From an uncultured Gammaproteobacteria bacterium (lineage in GTDB: Bacteria; Patescibacteriota; Microgenomatia; Levybacterales; GWA1-39-11): a stretch of 64,000 nt of DNA. Numbering within the stretch: the stretch's first letter is position 1; every line of letters starts with the position of its first letter. The position numbers and the translations under genes were made by a program. Positions 39,013 to 48,546 of this stretch are shown here, one piece after another. Where the stretch lies: assembly GCA_964409875.1 (NCBI GenBank), contig CAYPEN010000001.1:198637-262636 (forward strand), read 5' to 3'. The notes under the pieces are model-generated. The model was given only the letters and a program-made list of their open reading frames with translations. It made no database searches and was not told where the DNA came from.

Positions 39013-40113
39013 ATGAACCTATCAGTGGGTATTGTTGGGCTTCCGAATGTTGGAAAGTCGACGTTGTTTAACGCGCTTCTCAAAAAGCAGGCGGCTTTGG
39101 CTGCAAATTATCCATTTGCAACCATTGAGCCGAATGTTGGTGTTGTTGCAGTTCCGGACGCACGGCTTGAGGTTTTGGCCGAGATTACGAAGAGCGAGGA
39201 AGGAATGACGGAATTGCCGCCCATAAAGCCTGCAACTGTTGAGTTTGTCGATATTGCGGGGCTCGTAAAAGGTGCTTCAGAGGGAGAAGGATTGGGTAAC
39301 AAATTTCTTTCCCACATCAGGGAAGTAAAAGTCATTGCCCATGTTGTCCGGGCTTTTGAAGATAAAGACGTTATCCGCGAGGGGAGTGTAGGAATACTTG
39401 AGGATTATGAAACTATAACTACAGAGCTTGTTTTGGCCGACCTTGAGACCCTTTCAAGGGTAAATGAGAAGACCCTCAGAACTGATAGCGACTTGAATGG
39501 TGCTGTTACAAAACTCAAAAATCACATGAATACCGGTCTTCCCGCAAGAAACGCCTTGCTTACCGACAAAGAGCAGGAAGCGGTCAAACAACTGTCGTTA
39601 CTCACGTCAAAACCTGAAATTATAGTTCTTAATGTAGGGGAAAATGAGTATTCCGAGGACAAGTTTGCATCAATCATTGCTGAATATGCTAAGGCTTTCG
39701 GGATGGAGGAGAAAAATTTTGTCGTTGTTAGCGCAAAAATTGAGTCGGAGTTGGCATCATTGGGAGATGAGGATGCAAAGGAATATTTGTCAGAATTAGG
39801 GGTCAAAAAATCCGGACTTGAAAGGTTGATACAAACCGCATATACAAAACTCGGACTTATGTCATTTTTGACGTGCGGGGAAAAAGAAGTGAGGGCGTGG
39901 ACGGTCAAAATCGGTGCCACAGCTGTCGAGGCGGCAGGTGAAATCCACACGGATTTTATGAGCAAATTCATCAAGGCAGAAGTTGTTTCGTACGACAATT
40001 TTGTAGAATGTCAGGGTTGGCAAGGGGCCCGTGAGAAAGGGAAAGCCGGGCTTGAAGGAAAAGAATATATCATGCACGACGGAGACATAGTCGAGTTTAA
40101 GATAGGAAGATAA
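39013..40113 (+). CDS. ychF: redox-regulated ATPase YchF
   Basis: [41 protein letters not shown] domain. Confidence 0.97.
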   Translation: MNLSVGIVGLPNVGKSTLFNALLKKQAALAANYPFATIEPNVGVVAVPDARLEVLAEITKSEEGMTELPPIKPATVEFVDIAGLVKGASEGEGLGNKFLSHIREVKVIAHVVRAFEDKDVIREGSVGILEDYETITTELVLADLETLSRVNEKTLRTDSDLNGAVTKLKNHMNTGLPARNALLTDKEQEAVKQLSLLTSKPEIIVLNVGENEYSEDKFASIIAEYAKAFGMEEKNFVVVSAKIESELASLGDEDAKEYLSELGVKKSGLERLIQTAYTKLGLMSFLTCGEKEVRAWTVKIGATAVEAAGEIHTDFMSKFIKAEVVSYDNFVECQGWQGAREKGKAGLEGKEYIMHDGDIVEFKIGR

Positions 40114-40301
40114 ATTGGTACTCTCCTGCTTTTCTTGCGAAAAGTAGTCGAGTTTAAGATAGGAAGATAAATTGGTACTCTCCTGCTTTTCTTGCGAAAA
40201 GTAGTCGAATTCAAGATAGGAAGATAGGGATTTTCAAGGCATATTCTTCTACGCTTTTAACACTTGTGCAAAGCGTAGTCGAATTCAAAATAGGAAGATA
40301 A
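40088..40301 (+). repeat. four copies of the 26-nt ychF 3' end
   Basis: Copies at 40088, 40145, 40202 and 40276; first two 57-bp units identical. Confidence 0.92.
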
Positions 40302-40387
40302 CAGAGTGAATTTTTTGAATATTTCCCCGGAAAAAAGTATAATCTGCTGCTGTTTACGAAGTGTAGCCAAGCCGCTACAATATTTGT

Positions 40388-41290
40388 ATGGAAAGCCAAA
40401 AACCACAGTTTGATGTTTTGCAGGCTGCAGAGAGTCTAATACATGAGGTGCAGTTGAAGGAAAGGCCTGTTGTACTCCAGCCATTTGTTGTTCAGGATAT
40501 TCTGGGTTACGTTGCTGAAATGCATGATAGAAGAGTGGAAAACGGTATTTACGAACCTTTATATGAAGGTGGCCCTGATATTGCCCATGAATTGCTTGAA
40601 AAAATGGCTTTTGCTTTGCCGGCGACAAATAACGGATACGGAGTTGAGGTACCTCTTAACAATCCTCAAATCAAATTCATCAGAGAACTTTTGGAAGAGG
40701 AACGGCAAAAAAAGGGAGATGCGGTTAAAAATATCGAGTGTGATAGTGACATTATATCTTTTGAAAATGCAGTTGAAGATAGTTTGCTAGAAAATCAAAT
40801 GAGCGAAAAGTCGCATGAAGGGGCACTCGAGCTTACCGATAAAGGGAGAGAAATGGCTGCAAGGCTATTGAGAGAGCGTGAGAAATACCCAAGAAGAATG
40901 AATGTGAGGGCAGTTGGAAGCTCGTTTTTGCAATGGAAGCTTGCCGCTTTTTTGGACGAGGAGCAACGTATGCGTCCTAAATATTCGCCTGAATTTGATG
41001 AAAGTTATGAAGTAGGAAAAAAGACACTGGCATCTTTTGGAAAGGAAAAAACAATAGAGAAAGATACGAAGGGAAACCCAAAACTTACTGAGGTTATTTT
41101 GACACGGGAGCAAATAGATTATCTAACGAGAAATATTGAAACATTGACTGCAGGCGTAGCCAATCATCAAGCTGTACAAATCCGCGAGTTAGTTGATGGG
41201 ATATCAAGGCGTTTTGATTCTGCTCCTATTGTAATGCCCCGTAAAGGAAAGCTGAGAAATTTTTTCAATAAATTCACTGGACAGAAGTAG
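40388..41290 (+). CDS. hypothetical protein
   Basis: 300 aa; TACAAT 6 nt upstream. Confidence 0.65.
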   Translation: MESQKPQFDVLQAAESLIHEVQLKERPVVLQPFVVQDILGYVAEMHDRRVENGIYEPLYEGGPDIAHELLEKMAFALPATNNGYGVEVPLNNPQIKFIRELLEEERQKKGDAVKNIECDSDIISFENAVEDSLLENQMSEKSHEGALELTDKGREMAARLLREREKYPRRMNVRAVGSSFLQWKLAAFLDEEQRMRPKYSPEFDESYEVGKKTLASFGKEKTIEKDTKGNPKLTEVILTREQIDYLTRNIETLTAGVANHQAVQIRELVDGISRRFDSAPIVMPRKGKLRNFFNKFTGQK

Positions 41291-41312
41291 ATGTGTGATT
41301 TAATATAAATCT

Positions 41313-41645
41313 ATGGAAGATTGTATATTTTGTGAAATCGTGAAAGGTGAAATACCTAAGGATTTTGTTTATAAGGACGCAAATATTGTTGCATTTGACG
41401 ATATCCACCCCGTTGCAAAAGTTCATGTATTATTTGCTTCAAAGGAACATGTTGCGTCATTTGAAGACCTGCAGGATGATGATATTTTGGCTTCGGTCAG
41501 ACGTGGAATCCAAAAAGTTGTTGCTCAAAATGATTTGGTCGGGAAAGGGTACAAAATAGTCGTGAACGGCGGCGGTGCGCAAATTATCAATCATCTTCAT
41601 TTCCATCTCATCGGCCCGACCGGGCTAAAAGCCCCGATTCGCTAA
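41313..41645 (+). CDS. HIT family nucleotide hydrolase
   Basis: DCIFC, AFDDIHP, HLHFH. Confidence 0.95.
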   Translation: MEDCIFCEIVKGEIPKDFVYKDANIVAFDDIHPVAKVHVLFASKEHVASFEDLQDDDILASVRRGIQKVVAQNDLVGKGYKIVVNGGGAQIINHLHFHLIGPTGLKAPIR

Positions 41646-41699
41646 AAATTCAAAATAAAAAAACTCAGGAAAGAAGAAAGTATTTCAAAAGTTAGCTTT

Positions 41700-42550
41700 T
41701 TTGTGGTTGGATAATCCCCCGCCCGGCCTACTTTCGTAGAGCCGAGCGGGGGTGAAACGGGGTTCGTGCCCGGAGGGCACGTAAATTCGCGGTCCGTCCG
41801 CTCGCGCGCGCAAATAGGCACGATTACGGGCCGGAGAACCCCCGGAATTGTTACATGCGTATCCCGGTGTGGGAGGCAGGAACCGGTGCGCTGCAGCAAA
41901 CCACACAGCTCCCACCTCCCCCTAGCCGGGGGAGGGAGTGCGGGAACGGGAGAGCATAACTCCCACCCCCTCCTGGCACCGCCGGGCATACTACCGGAGG
42001 TGCTTCCTCATCGTGGACTCATGGGTCCTCGGAAAAGTTGGGGTGGCGGCGTGGGGTGGTCGAGAATCCACGCCGCCAAGAAAGGACTAGGCGGGTTGTC
42101 TTGCTCACCCTTCGGGGGTGGGCTCAGTGGGGCTTCTTCTCCGGATACAGCCTAAGTTGGCTGACTTGGTGTCTGGCGTCCTCTCCTTTGCAGCCATGGG
42201 CTGCCTGGGTGTAGAGCTCCCGATTCGGTTAACAGCGTGTAGCTGCCTTGGTGCCGGCAATAAACCGACGGTTCCCGCCAAGTCGGGTCGGGACCGTGGG
42301 TTTACCCCGTTGGTATGGGGCCGTTCCCCATCTTGCGGAAGGTAGTGTCCTTGCGGACGCTCCTCCCCGTGACCGGGAACTAAGGCGGTGGTCGCCCCAC
42401 AAAGGGGCAGCCGAGGGCGTGACGTGGCATCGTATCCTCCGTAGCCTGATCTCCTGCAACGCAGAAAGGGAATGGATATATACAACAATCCTTTCCTGCG
42501 GAACATGCAACAATAATTTCAAAGAACTATGAGCGTTTATGGCACTCAGA
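41700..42550 (-). ncRNA. candidate large structured non-coding RNA (~850 nt)
   Basis: GC-rich, dense hairpins, GNRA loops on minus, no credible ORF, own promoter and boxA. Confidence 0.7.
42517..42547 (-). promoter_or_regulatory. boxB-like hairpin followed by boxA-like antitermination signal
   Basis: TGAGTG-ccataaa-CGCTCA then AGTTCTTTGAAA. Confidence 0.6.
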
Positions 42551-42555
42551 CGGTC

Positions 42556-42584
42556 ATTATAGTACCGCAAAAATCACCCGTCAA
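42556..42584 (-). promoter_or_regulatory. sigma70 promoter TTGACG-N17-TATAAT
   Basis: 11/12 consensus with optimal spacing; points into the structured region. Confidence 0.85.
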
Positions 42585-42662
42585 GAGTGTAAGAAATATG
42601 AGAAATGTAAGAGTTCTGACACTTCTCTTGCAGGATATTTACCTCTTTATTACAATCTATCT

Positions 42663-43742
42663 GTGAATACCGAAAGGCAGAATGGGGCGGCACAAAACCC
42701 CGATGAATCCCAGCCGACATTTCTTGACATGCGTCTTCCGAGAAGAAGGCTGCTCCGGTGGGGATTGGGAGCCGGCATAGCAGCATCAGCCGGAAATCTT
42801 AATTTCACCCAAGTTCCTGATATCATTAACGGGCTTAAAGCAGGCTATGAATATGGACCGGGTTTTGTGTCTGCGGTTGCCTCCGACCCTGAAGCGGCGT
42901 GGGAGACATGGAAGCTTATCCAGGAACCTGATGAGACGTACCGGAAAAGTCCTTTTTTTGGAAATTCACTGGAATACCCAACATCTGCCCATAACGTACT
43001 GATTGCATTCGGGGATAGTAATATGGTGGGAGCAGAGGGGAGGGATAGAGCAAATTCACCTGTAAGCCTTTTTAAAAGACGGGTGAAAGACAAATGGGGA
43101 ACTGACTGGGAAGATTACAATATAGCTCATAGTGGAGATACCACAAAGCTTGTTATTCAAAATCAATTGCAGTCTCAGCAGGCAAAAGAGGCATTCTCCA
43201 AAGGGGATTTTTGTGATGTGTGGATAAATGTAGGAGGAAACGATTTTTCAAGCGTTGCGAATACTCCTGATGAATTTTCTGAAGTCAAGGAGTTGGGGCA
43301 GGACCCCTGGAGGCATCCTGACTATCTTTTGAAATACACCCCAAGACTATTGGAAAATTTAACAGTATTCCGGCGTGATTTCCATACATTGCTTTCAGCA
43401 TTGTACGAAATGCAGGGGGCGAAAATAAAACATATAGTAATAATGTCAGCTCCCGATTTCGGAAAGGCACCGTCTATTACGTCCCAAGATGTTGGGGATA
43501 AAAAATATCACATACCGCTTGATGATGACTTTGCGTCAAAAATTGTCCATAACCTATCCATCCGGATGAATAATGAGATGTTCGGGGCCGCGAGCGAGTT
43601 TCACGGTCAAACAGGCACGAAAATTGTCGGAATTGATACCTTTAAGGATTCGATTTTTGACCGTGACCAGCATTTGACCGTCGAAGCGGTCGCGGCTATT
43701 GCTGACGATGCTTTTTCCCGTGTGGAATTTCATGCGGCATAA
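42663..43742 (+). CDS. SGNH/GDSL hydrolase with twin-arginine-like N-terminus
   Basis: AFGDS, NIAHSG, VGGND, DQH; RRRLLRWGLG. Confidence 0.85.
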   Translation: MNTERQNGAAQNPDESQPTFLDMRLPRRRLLRWGLGAGIAASAGNLNFTQVPDIINGLKAGYEYGPGFVSAVASDPEAAWETWKLIQEPDETYRKSPFFGNSLEYPTSAHNVLIAFGDSNMVGAEGRDRANSPVSLFKRRVKDKWGTDWEDYNIAHSGDTTKLVIQNQLQSQQAKEAFSKGDFCDVWINVGGNDFSSVANTPDEFSEVKELGQDPWRHPDYLLKYTPRLLENLTVFRRDFHTLLSALYEMQGAKIKHIVIMSAPDFGKAPSITSQDVGDKKYHIPLDDDFASKIVHNLSIRMNNEMFGAASEFHGQTGTKIVGIDTFKDSIFDRDQHLTVEAVAAIADDAFSRVEFHAA

Positions 43743-43835
43743 GAATAGCTCATGAAGGCGTTTCATTTTCTGCAACTTTGATGTAAAATAGCTGTATCCC
43801 ATATTATGGGAATTTTTAAGGAGGTGTTCTATTGT

Positions 43836-44021
43836 ATGGTTTTTGTAAAAAAGCAACCCGGGGACAGTCCCGACCAAATGATACGGAAATTTTCGAGAAA
43901 AGTGATGTCTGAAGGCATTATTATGGAGATGAAGAAGAGGGAATTCCACCTCAAACCATCTCTTTCAAAAAAATTCAAAAAAGAGCTTGCACGGAAAATG
44001 AACAAGCACAATAATTATTAA
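43836..44021 (+). CDS. rpsU: 30S ribosomal protein S21
   Basis: MIRKFSRKV..GI..E.KKREFH.KPS. Confidence 0.9.
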   Translation: MVFVKKQPGDSPDQMIRKFSRKVMSEGIIMEMKKREFHLKPSLSKKFKKELARKMNKHNNY

Positions 44022-44114
44022 TCAATAGTTAATAGTCAAAAGCTAGGATCCGTTCAGTTAGGCTTTGCATCTCTTCATTAGCTATTAACTATTAATCATC
44101 ATCTATCAAAAATT

Positions 44115-44501
44115 ATGAATGCAATTTCTATCCCTATTTACGTGGAAAGCCGGTACAAAATTAACCGGAAAAAAATCAAGGAGACTATCATAAAGACCCT
44201 CCTTAAGCAGCACATAAACAGTGCTGTTGAAGTGTCTGTTGCGGTCATAGGAACGCGCAAGATGCATGCATTGAATAAGAAGTACAGGGACATGGACAAG
44301 CCGACCAACGTTCTCTCATTCTCCCAAACAGAAGGAGAGGCCGTCATGCAACCACCCGATAAATTGTATTTGGGCGACATAGTCGTCTGCTACCCGGTTG
44401 TTGTGGAGGAGTGTGCCCGGGAAAACAGCCTTATTGATGATAGGGTCAACGAGTTGGTTGAACATTCACTCATGCATCTTCTCGGATTCCACCACAGATA
44501 A
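44115..44501 (+). CDS. ybeY: rRNA maturation endoribonuclease YbeY
   Basis: LNKKYR..DKPTNVLSF, LGDIV, HSLMHLLGFHH. Confidence 0.95.
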   Translation: MNAISIPIYVESRYKINRKKIKETIIKTLLKQHINSAVEVSVAVIGTRKMHALNKKYRDMDKPTNVLSFSQTEGEAVMQPPDKLYLGDIVVCYPVVVEECARENSLIDDRVNELVEHSLMHLLGFHHR

Positions 44502-44596
44502 GCCTCTTCACGTAATTGTATGCGGAAGTTTTGAAACAAACTTCCTGAAAAGAGGAAAAGAGTTTTGGCTCCGCTCCCATTTGGTCGCTTTGCTAA
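44500..44596 (+). repeat. ~95-bp structured intergenic element, copy 1
   Basis: Homologous to the reverse complement of 55417-55510. Confidence 0.85.
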
Positions 44597-44648
44597 CCCT
44601 CAGTTTGATTTGAGCTAAGAAGTATTGTATAAACTAAACGCTACAAAA

Positions 44649-46028
44649 ATGGTTTTTTACCGGAAATACAGACCGCAAACAATTGCAGAACTAGACCTTT
44701 TTTCAGTCCGCGAAAAATTGACCGCTATTTTATCGTCAAAAGACCTTCCTCATGCGTTCCTTTTTACCGGAAGCAAGGGGCTTGGTAAAACCTCCTCTGC
44801 ACGCATTCTTGCTAAAGCCATCAATTGTACATCTCCAAAAGGAATCGAGCCGTGTAACAAATGTGAGGCTTGCATCAGTATTACAGACGGGTCCAATATA
44901 GATGTTCTGGAAATTGATGCGGCTTCAAACGGGGGAGTTGAGGAGATGAGGACACTCCGGGAGAGGGTGAAGTTCGCCTCCTCGGTATTGAAGAAAAAGG
45001 TGTATATCATAGACGAAGTACATATGCTTTCAACGGGCGCTTTCAATGCGCTTTTAAAAACCCTGGAGGAGCCGCCGAGCCATGTAGTTTTTGTACTTGC
45101 TACAACCGAATTGTGGAAATTGCCGCCTACCGTCGTGTCGCGTACTTTTCAAGTGACTTTCGATAAACCAACAGAAGAAGAGTTGGTACATTCACTCAAG
45201 CGTGTTGTAAGCGGCGAACACTTGAAGGTTGAGAAAGGTGTTTTGGAACAGCTCTATCTACTTGCGGACGGAAGTTTTAGGGACGGCACAAAGCTTTTAG
45301 AAGAGTTGGCAATCGCGTCTAATGGGCAAGAAATAACGAGTACCCTTTTTGAGGAAACATTCAAAACAAAGGGTGTGGGGAGTGAGGTGTATGACCTTTT
45401 GCGTGCGTATGAAAAAAGGGATGCAAAAAAAGCGCTTGAAACAATTGCACGCCTTTCCGGTTCCGGCGCCGATTTTAAGGTGATACTTGAACGGTTGGCT
45501 GAGCATCTTAGGGGACTTTTAATGATGCGAAACGAGATTCCCAGTGAAGAAAAGGACGTTCCCGGTTTGACTATTTCTGATATCAAAAAGCTTTTGGAAC
45601 TTGCCAATGAAGCGTACGGAGAAATCAAAATTTCAGTTATTCCCCAACTACCCTTAGAACTTATGAGTGTCAAATTTTGCATTATCGATGCGGAGCAGAA
45701 GACAGAAGACAAAAGTCAAAAGACTGAAGGCAGAAAATTTGAGAAAGAGGAAAAAGAGGAAAGTCCAAAAAATGATTCGAATAGTAGTCAACAGCTTTTG
45801 CCGGAGCTTATTGCGCGGTTGAATGCAGTGAACAAACCGGGAGCAGCGCTTTTAAGGTCAGCAAAAAGCGCAAAAATTGAGGGTAATGAATTCGTAATTA
45901 TAACCCCCTTTCCTATCCACGCAGAGAGGCTCAAAAGTGACAAAGTTTTTGGTGATTTGCAAAAAATTGCCTCTGAAATTACGGATAAGAAAATTGAAAT
46001 TGCAGTACGTGTGGGTTCGAAAGACTAA
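44649..46028 (+). CDS. dnaX: DNA polymerase III subunit gamma/tau
   Basis: YRKYRPQT, GLGKTS, zinc module, IDAAS, IIDEVHML..AFNALLKTLEEPP. Confidence 0.97.
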   Translation: MVFYRKYRPQTIAELDLFSVREKLTAILSSKDLPHAFLFTGSKGLGKTSSARILAKAINCTSPKGIEPCNKCEACISITDGSNIDVLEIDAASNGGVEEMRTLRERVKFASSVLKKKVYIIDEVHMLSTGAFNALLKTLEEPPSHVVFVLATTELWKLPPTVVSRTFQVTFDKPTEEELVHSLKRVVSGEHLKVEKGVLEQLYLLADGSFRDGTKLLEELAIASNGQEITSTLFEETFKTKGVGSEVYDLLRAYEKRDAKKALETIARLSGSGADFKVILERLAEHLRGLLMMRNEIPSEEKDVPGLTISDIKKLLELANEAYGEIKISVIPQLPLELMSVKFCIIDAEQKTEDKSQKTEGRKFEKEEKEESPKNDSNSSQQLLPELIARLNAVNKPGAALLRSAKSAKIEGNEFVIITPFPIHAERLKSDKVFGDLQKIASEITDKKIEIAVRVGSKD

Positions 46029-46588
46029 AGCATCTTTTCCTCGAGCATTACTTTAACCCACGGAGCGAGGTTTTGATAGAGTCGTGAGTTTTTTCTTTTC
46101 AACTCATCTTTTGTGACAAGCGAATACCCATATGCAAATTCAAAATTCGGATTTGGCACGGCTTTTAGTTCTGCAATTAATATGTCATCTATCTCATGCT
46201 CCGTAAATTCACTGAACTTGTCTTTTGCTTTGTAATACACAAATCCCTCAATTGTAGGTCGTTTTTTTAGCCCCTTTATATCAACCTGAAATTCCCTTTG
46301 TAATGCACGAAGTGTACACTCAACCGTGTCTTCCATTTGCCCGTCGACCATAAGTTGGTGGGACGAAACGGTGATATCGTACGTTCCGTCAAAAGCAATG
46401 TGCTTTCTGTGCTGGATGACGTATTGGTTTTTATACCTAAGCGCCACTGAAATGGCCCTGTGCAAAATCCCTTTTTTGTGAGCTTCCCACTTTTCAATTT
46501 CGCCCAATATATTTCCCTTTCTGTCAACTCTAGCAATCATTTGCTTTTGCCTGTAGTAGGGATGGGCATTTTTAGTAATTGAGTTCAT
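46025..46588 (-). CDS. idi: type 1 isopentenyl-diphosphate delta-isomerase (Nudix fold)
   Basis: K.EAH..G.LHRA.S, SSH, RALQRE, EHEID. Confidence 0.8.
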   Translation of the reverse strand: MNSITKNAHPYYRQKQMIARVDRKGNILGEIEKWEAHKKGILHRAISVALRYKNQYVIQHRKHIAFDGTYDITVSSHQLMVDGQMEDTVECTLRALQREFQVDIKGLKKRPTIEGFVYYKAKDKFSEFTEHEIDDILIAELKAVPNPNFEFAYGYSLVTKDELKRKNSRLYQNLAPWVKVMLEEKML

Positions 46589-46636
46589 TTGTGTCGCGAG
46601 CGCCTTTGTCTTATAATACACTTTCGGGACAAAACT

Positions 46637-47416
46637 ATGGTCAAAAATGTGACAATTATAAAGCTGGGCGGCTCTATTATAACCGATAAAACACGTCCGT
46701 ACACTCCCAATGAAAAAGCGTTGAAAATGCTTGCGCTTGAAATAAAAAAAGCGGACATGCCTGTTATTGTCATCCATGGACAAGGCAGTTTTGCACATAC
46801 AAGTGCCAAAAAATACGGAGGGAAGAAGGGATACAAAAGTGAGATGGGAGTAGCAAAAGTTTTTTTGGACGCGATGGATATGAATAGTGTTGTTATGAAG
46901 GCCCTTTATAAAGCAAAGATCCCTGTAGTTTCATTCAGGCCCAACAGTCTTTTTCTAGCGACAAACGGCAAGCTCTCAAAAAATAACCTACAGCCTGTGT
47001 ATGAAGCATTGCAGCAGCGACTCGTGCCGGTATTGTACGGCGATGTCATCATGGACACGGCATGGCAAACGACAATTTTCTCAGGCGAAGTATCAGCCCG
47101 GTATGTGGCGTTATTTTTGGCAAAACACAGTGTAAACGTAAGAAAAATCGTGCAGGTAGGGTGTACCGACGGCGTTGTAGACTCTGATGGAAAAAGTATC
47201 CATCATCTTTCGTATCACTCATTTGCGACGGTCAAGCAACATATTTTTACGACAAAGACAACAGATGTTACGGGAGGAATGCTGCATAAGGTTGAGGAGG
47301 CGGTGCAACTTGCACGGTTGGGGATTCCCACAGTTATTCTCAATGGAACAAGGAGCAAAGAGCTTGAAAAAGCGCTGACAAATAAAAGTTCAAAATTTAC
47401 AACAACCATTCAATGA
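46637..47416 (+). CDS. isopentenyl phosphate kinase (archaeal-type amino acid kinase fold)
   Basis: KLGGSIITDK, HGQGSFAH, PVLYGDV, DVTGGM..K. Confidence 0.88.
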   Translation: MVKNVTIIKLGGSIITDKTRPYTPNEKALKMLALEIKKADMPVIVIHGQGSFAHTSAKKYGGKKGYKSEMGVAKVFLDAMDMNSVVMKALYKAKIPVVSFRPNSLFLATNGKLSKNNLQPVYEALQQRLVPVLYGDVIMDTAWQTTIFSGEVSARYVALFLAKHSVNVRKIVQVGCTDGVVDSDGKSIHHLSYHSFATVKQHIFTTKTTDVTGGMLHKVEEAVQLARLGIPTVILNGTRSKELEKALTNKSSKFTTTIQ

Positions 47417-48102
47417 AACTAAGAAATGAAGGATATTACTCTCACGGACTTGTTCCCGAGAGTGAGCTTAAAAAAGACAAGATAAAAGCGGTTGCCGGTG
47501 TTGTAGTCTCAAAAGACGGCAGACTCTTGGTCGGCACAGAACAAGTAACAAAGCCCGCAACCAGAAAAAAACAAGGACAAATTTCTATTCCTTTTGAAAC
47601 GCTCAAGCCTAATGAGTTGGAGCAAGAGGGAGGATTTGTGAGCGCTCTTTTGACGGAAATTACAACAGATAGGGTAATGCCCGATTTAAGAGGCCGGATG
47701 TATTCGGCCGGGGTCATTGACCAGGTGGAAGTTATGCCTGAGGTGTGGGTTGCGACACTGCTTCTCAAATATGATGGAGAAAGCTGCACGATGCCCTTTG
47801 AGGCACAGCATCCACAAGAGTTCACAGAGCTCCGGTGGATGGGGGTCAAAACTCTAAAATCGTTACCCAATGTGCGTCCCTTTACCACACCTGTGTTGGA
47901 AAGGGTTTTGGAAATAAATAGAAGACACCCTAACAGCGTAGACTTCCGAAGACTGAATCTTGAACCTTATTATCCTTCTGTGTATGAAAATGCACGGGAA
48001 ATGGAGGCAGATGTAGAGTATGGGGGACTTGCCACAGCGATGAGCCATCTTGTCACTATGGATTCACCAAAAGAAATTGATGGCTTTTTTGGGAGCCACT
48101 AA
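47413..48102 (+). CDS. Nudix-like hypothetical protein
   Basis: AVAGVVV..DGRLLV, SIPFET, E..ELRWM; Nudix box degenerate. Confidence 0.55.
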   Translation: MKLRNEGYYSHGLVPESELKKDKIKAVAGVVVSKDGRLLVGTEQVTKPATRKKQGQISIPFETLKPNELEQEGGFVSALLTEITTDRVMPDLRGRMYSAGVIDQVEVMPEVWVATLLLKYDGESCTMPFEAQHPQEFTELRWMGVKTLKSLPNVRPFTTPVLERVLEINRRHPNSVDFRRLNLEPYYPSVYENAREMEADVEYGGLATAMSHLVTMDSPKEIDGFFGSH

Positions 48103-48166
48103 TGCTTGCCAATTATTACAAAAATTGGTACTCTTGTACCACAGATAAAGGAGGTGTAATTTTTTT

Positions 48167-48457
48167 ATGATAAATCCATTCAAACAAGCAGCAGAAATCA
48201 AAAAACTCCGCGATCAGGCAAAAAGAATTCAAGACGAACTAGCACAAATTGAGGTTGAAGTTGAGAAGGGAAGAGTAAGAATTGTTATGAGCGGTGACAT
48301 GAAGGTAAAAACGCTTGAAATCAACGGAGAGGAAATGAAAGATGCAAAAGACGCAGTCAATGAAGCAGTAGACAAAGCCCAGAAGAAGTCGGCCCAGAAG
48401 ATGCAACAGATGGGTGGCGGGCTCCAGGAGCTTTTGAGCGGACTCGGCCAAGGCTAA
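48167..48457 (+). CDS. ybaB: YbaB/EbfC nucleoid-associated protein
   Basis: QAKRIQDELA, VRIVMSG, AVNEA; GGAGGTG SD. Confidence 0.9.
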   Translation: MINPFKQAAEIKKLRDQAKRIQDELAQIEVEVEKGRVRIVMSGDMKVKTLEINGEEMKDAKDAVNEAVDKAQKKSAQKMQQMGGGLQELLSGLGQG

Positions 48458-48546
48458 TTTTAAATTTTTAATTTTTATTGAATTTTTAAAATTTAATTAT
48501 TTAAAATTGATTTTAAATTTCAAATTTAGAATTTGAATTTATATTT

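Noticed and set aside
40088-40301. Mini CRISPR array
   Set aside because: The repeat is the ychF coding end, two spacers are identical, spacer lengths are uneven, and there are no cas genes.
41748-42080. GGGGGTGAAACGG resembles a tmRNA 5' end on the plus strand
   Set aside because: No matching T-arm/acceptor ending in CCA, no tag ending in an ALAA-like sequence, and the G run is part of a hairpin.
41700-42550. rRNA, RNase P or group I/II intron identity for the structured region
   Set aside because: No universal rRNA signatures, no GAGGAAAGTCC, no group II domain V and no clear P7 pair were seen by eye; a covariance search is still required.
41642-42570. Overlapping Pro/Gly/Arg-rich ORFs on both strands
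   Set aside because: Composition is typical of GC-rich non-coding DNA; no motifs or ribosome-binding sites.
44500-44615. SRP RNA (ffs) upstream of dnaX
   Set aside because: Lacks the SRP helix-8 CAGG..GGAA..AGCAG motif and has a second dispersed copy.
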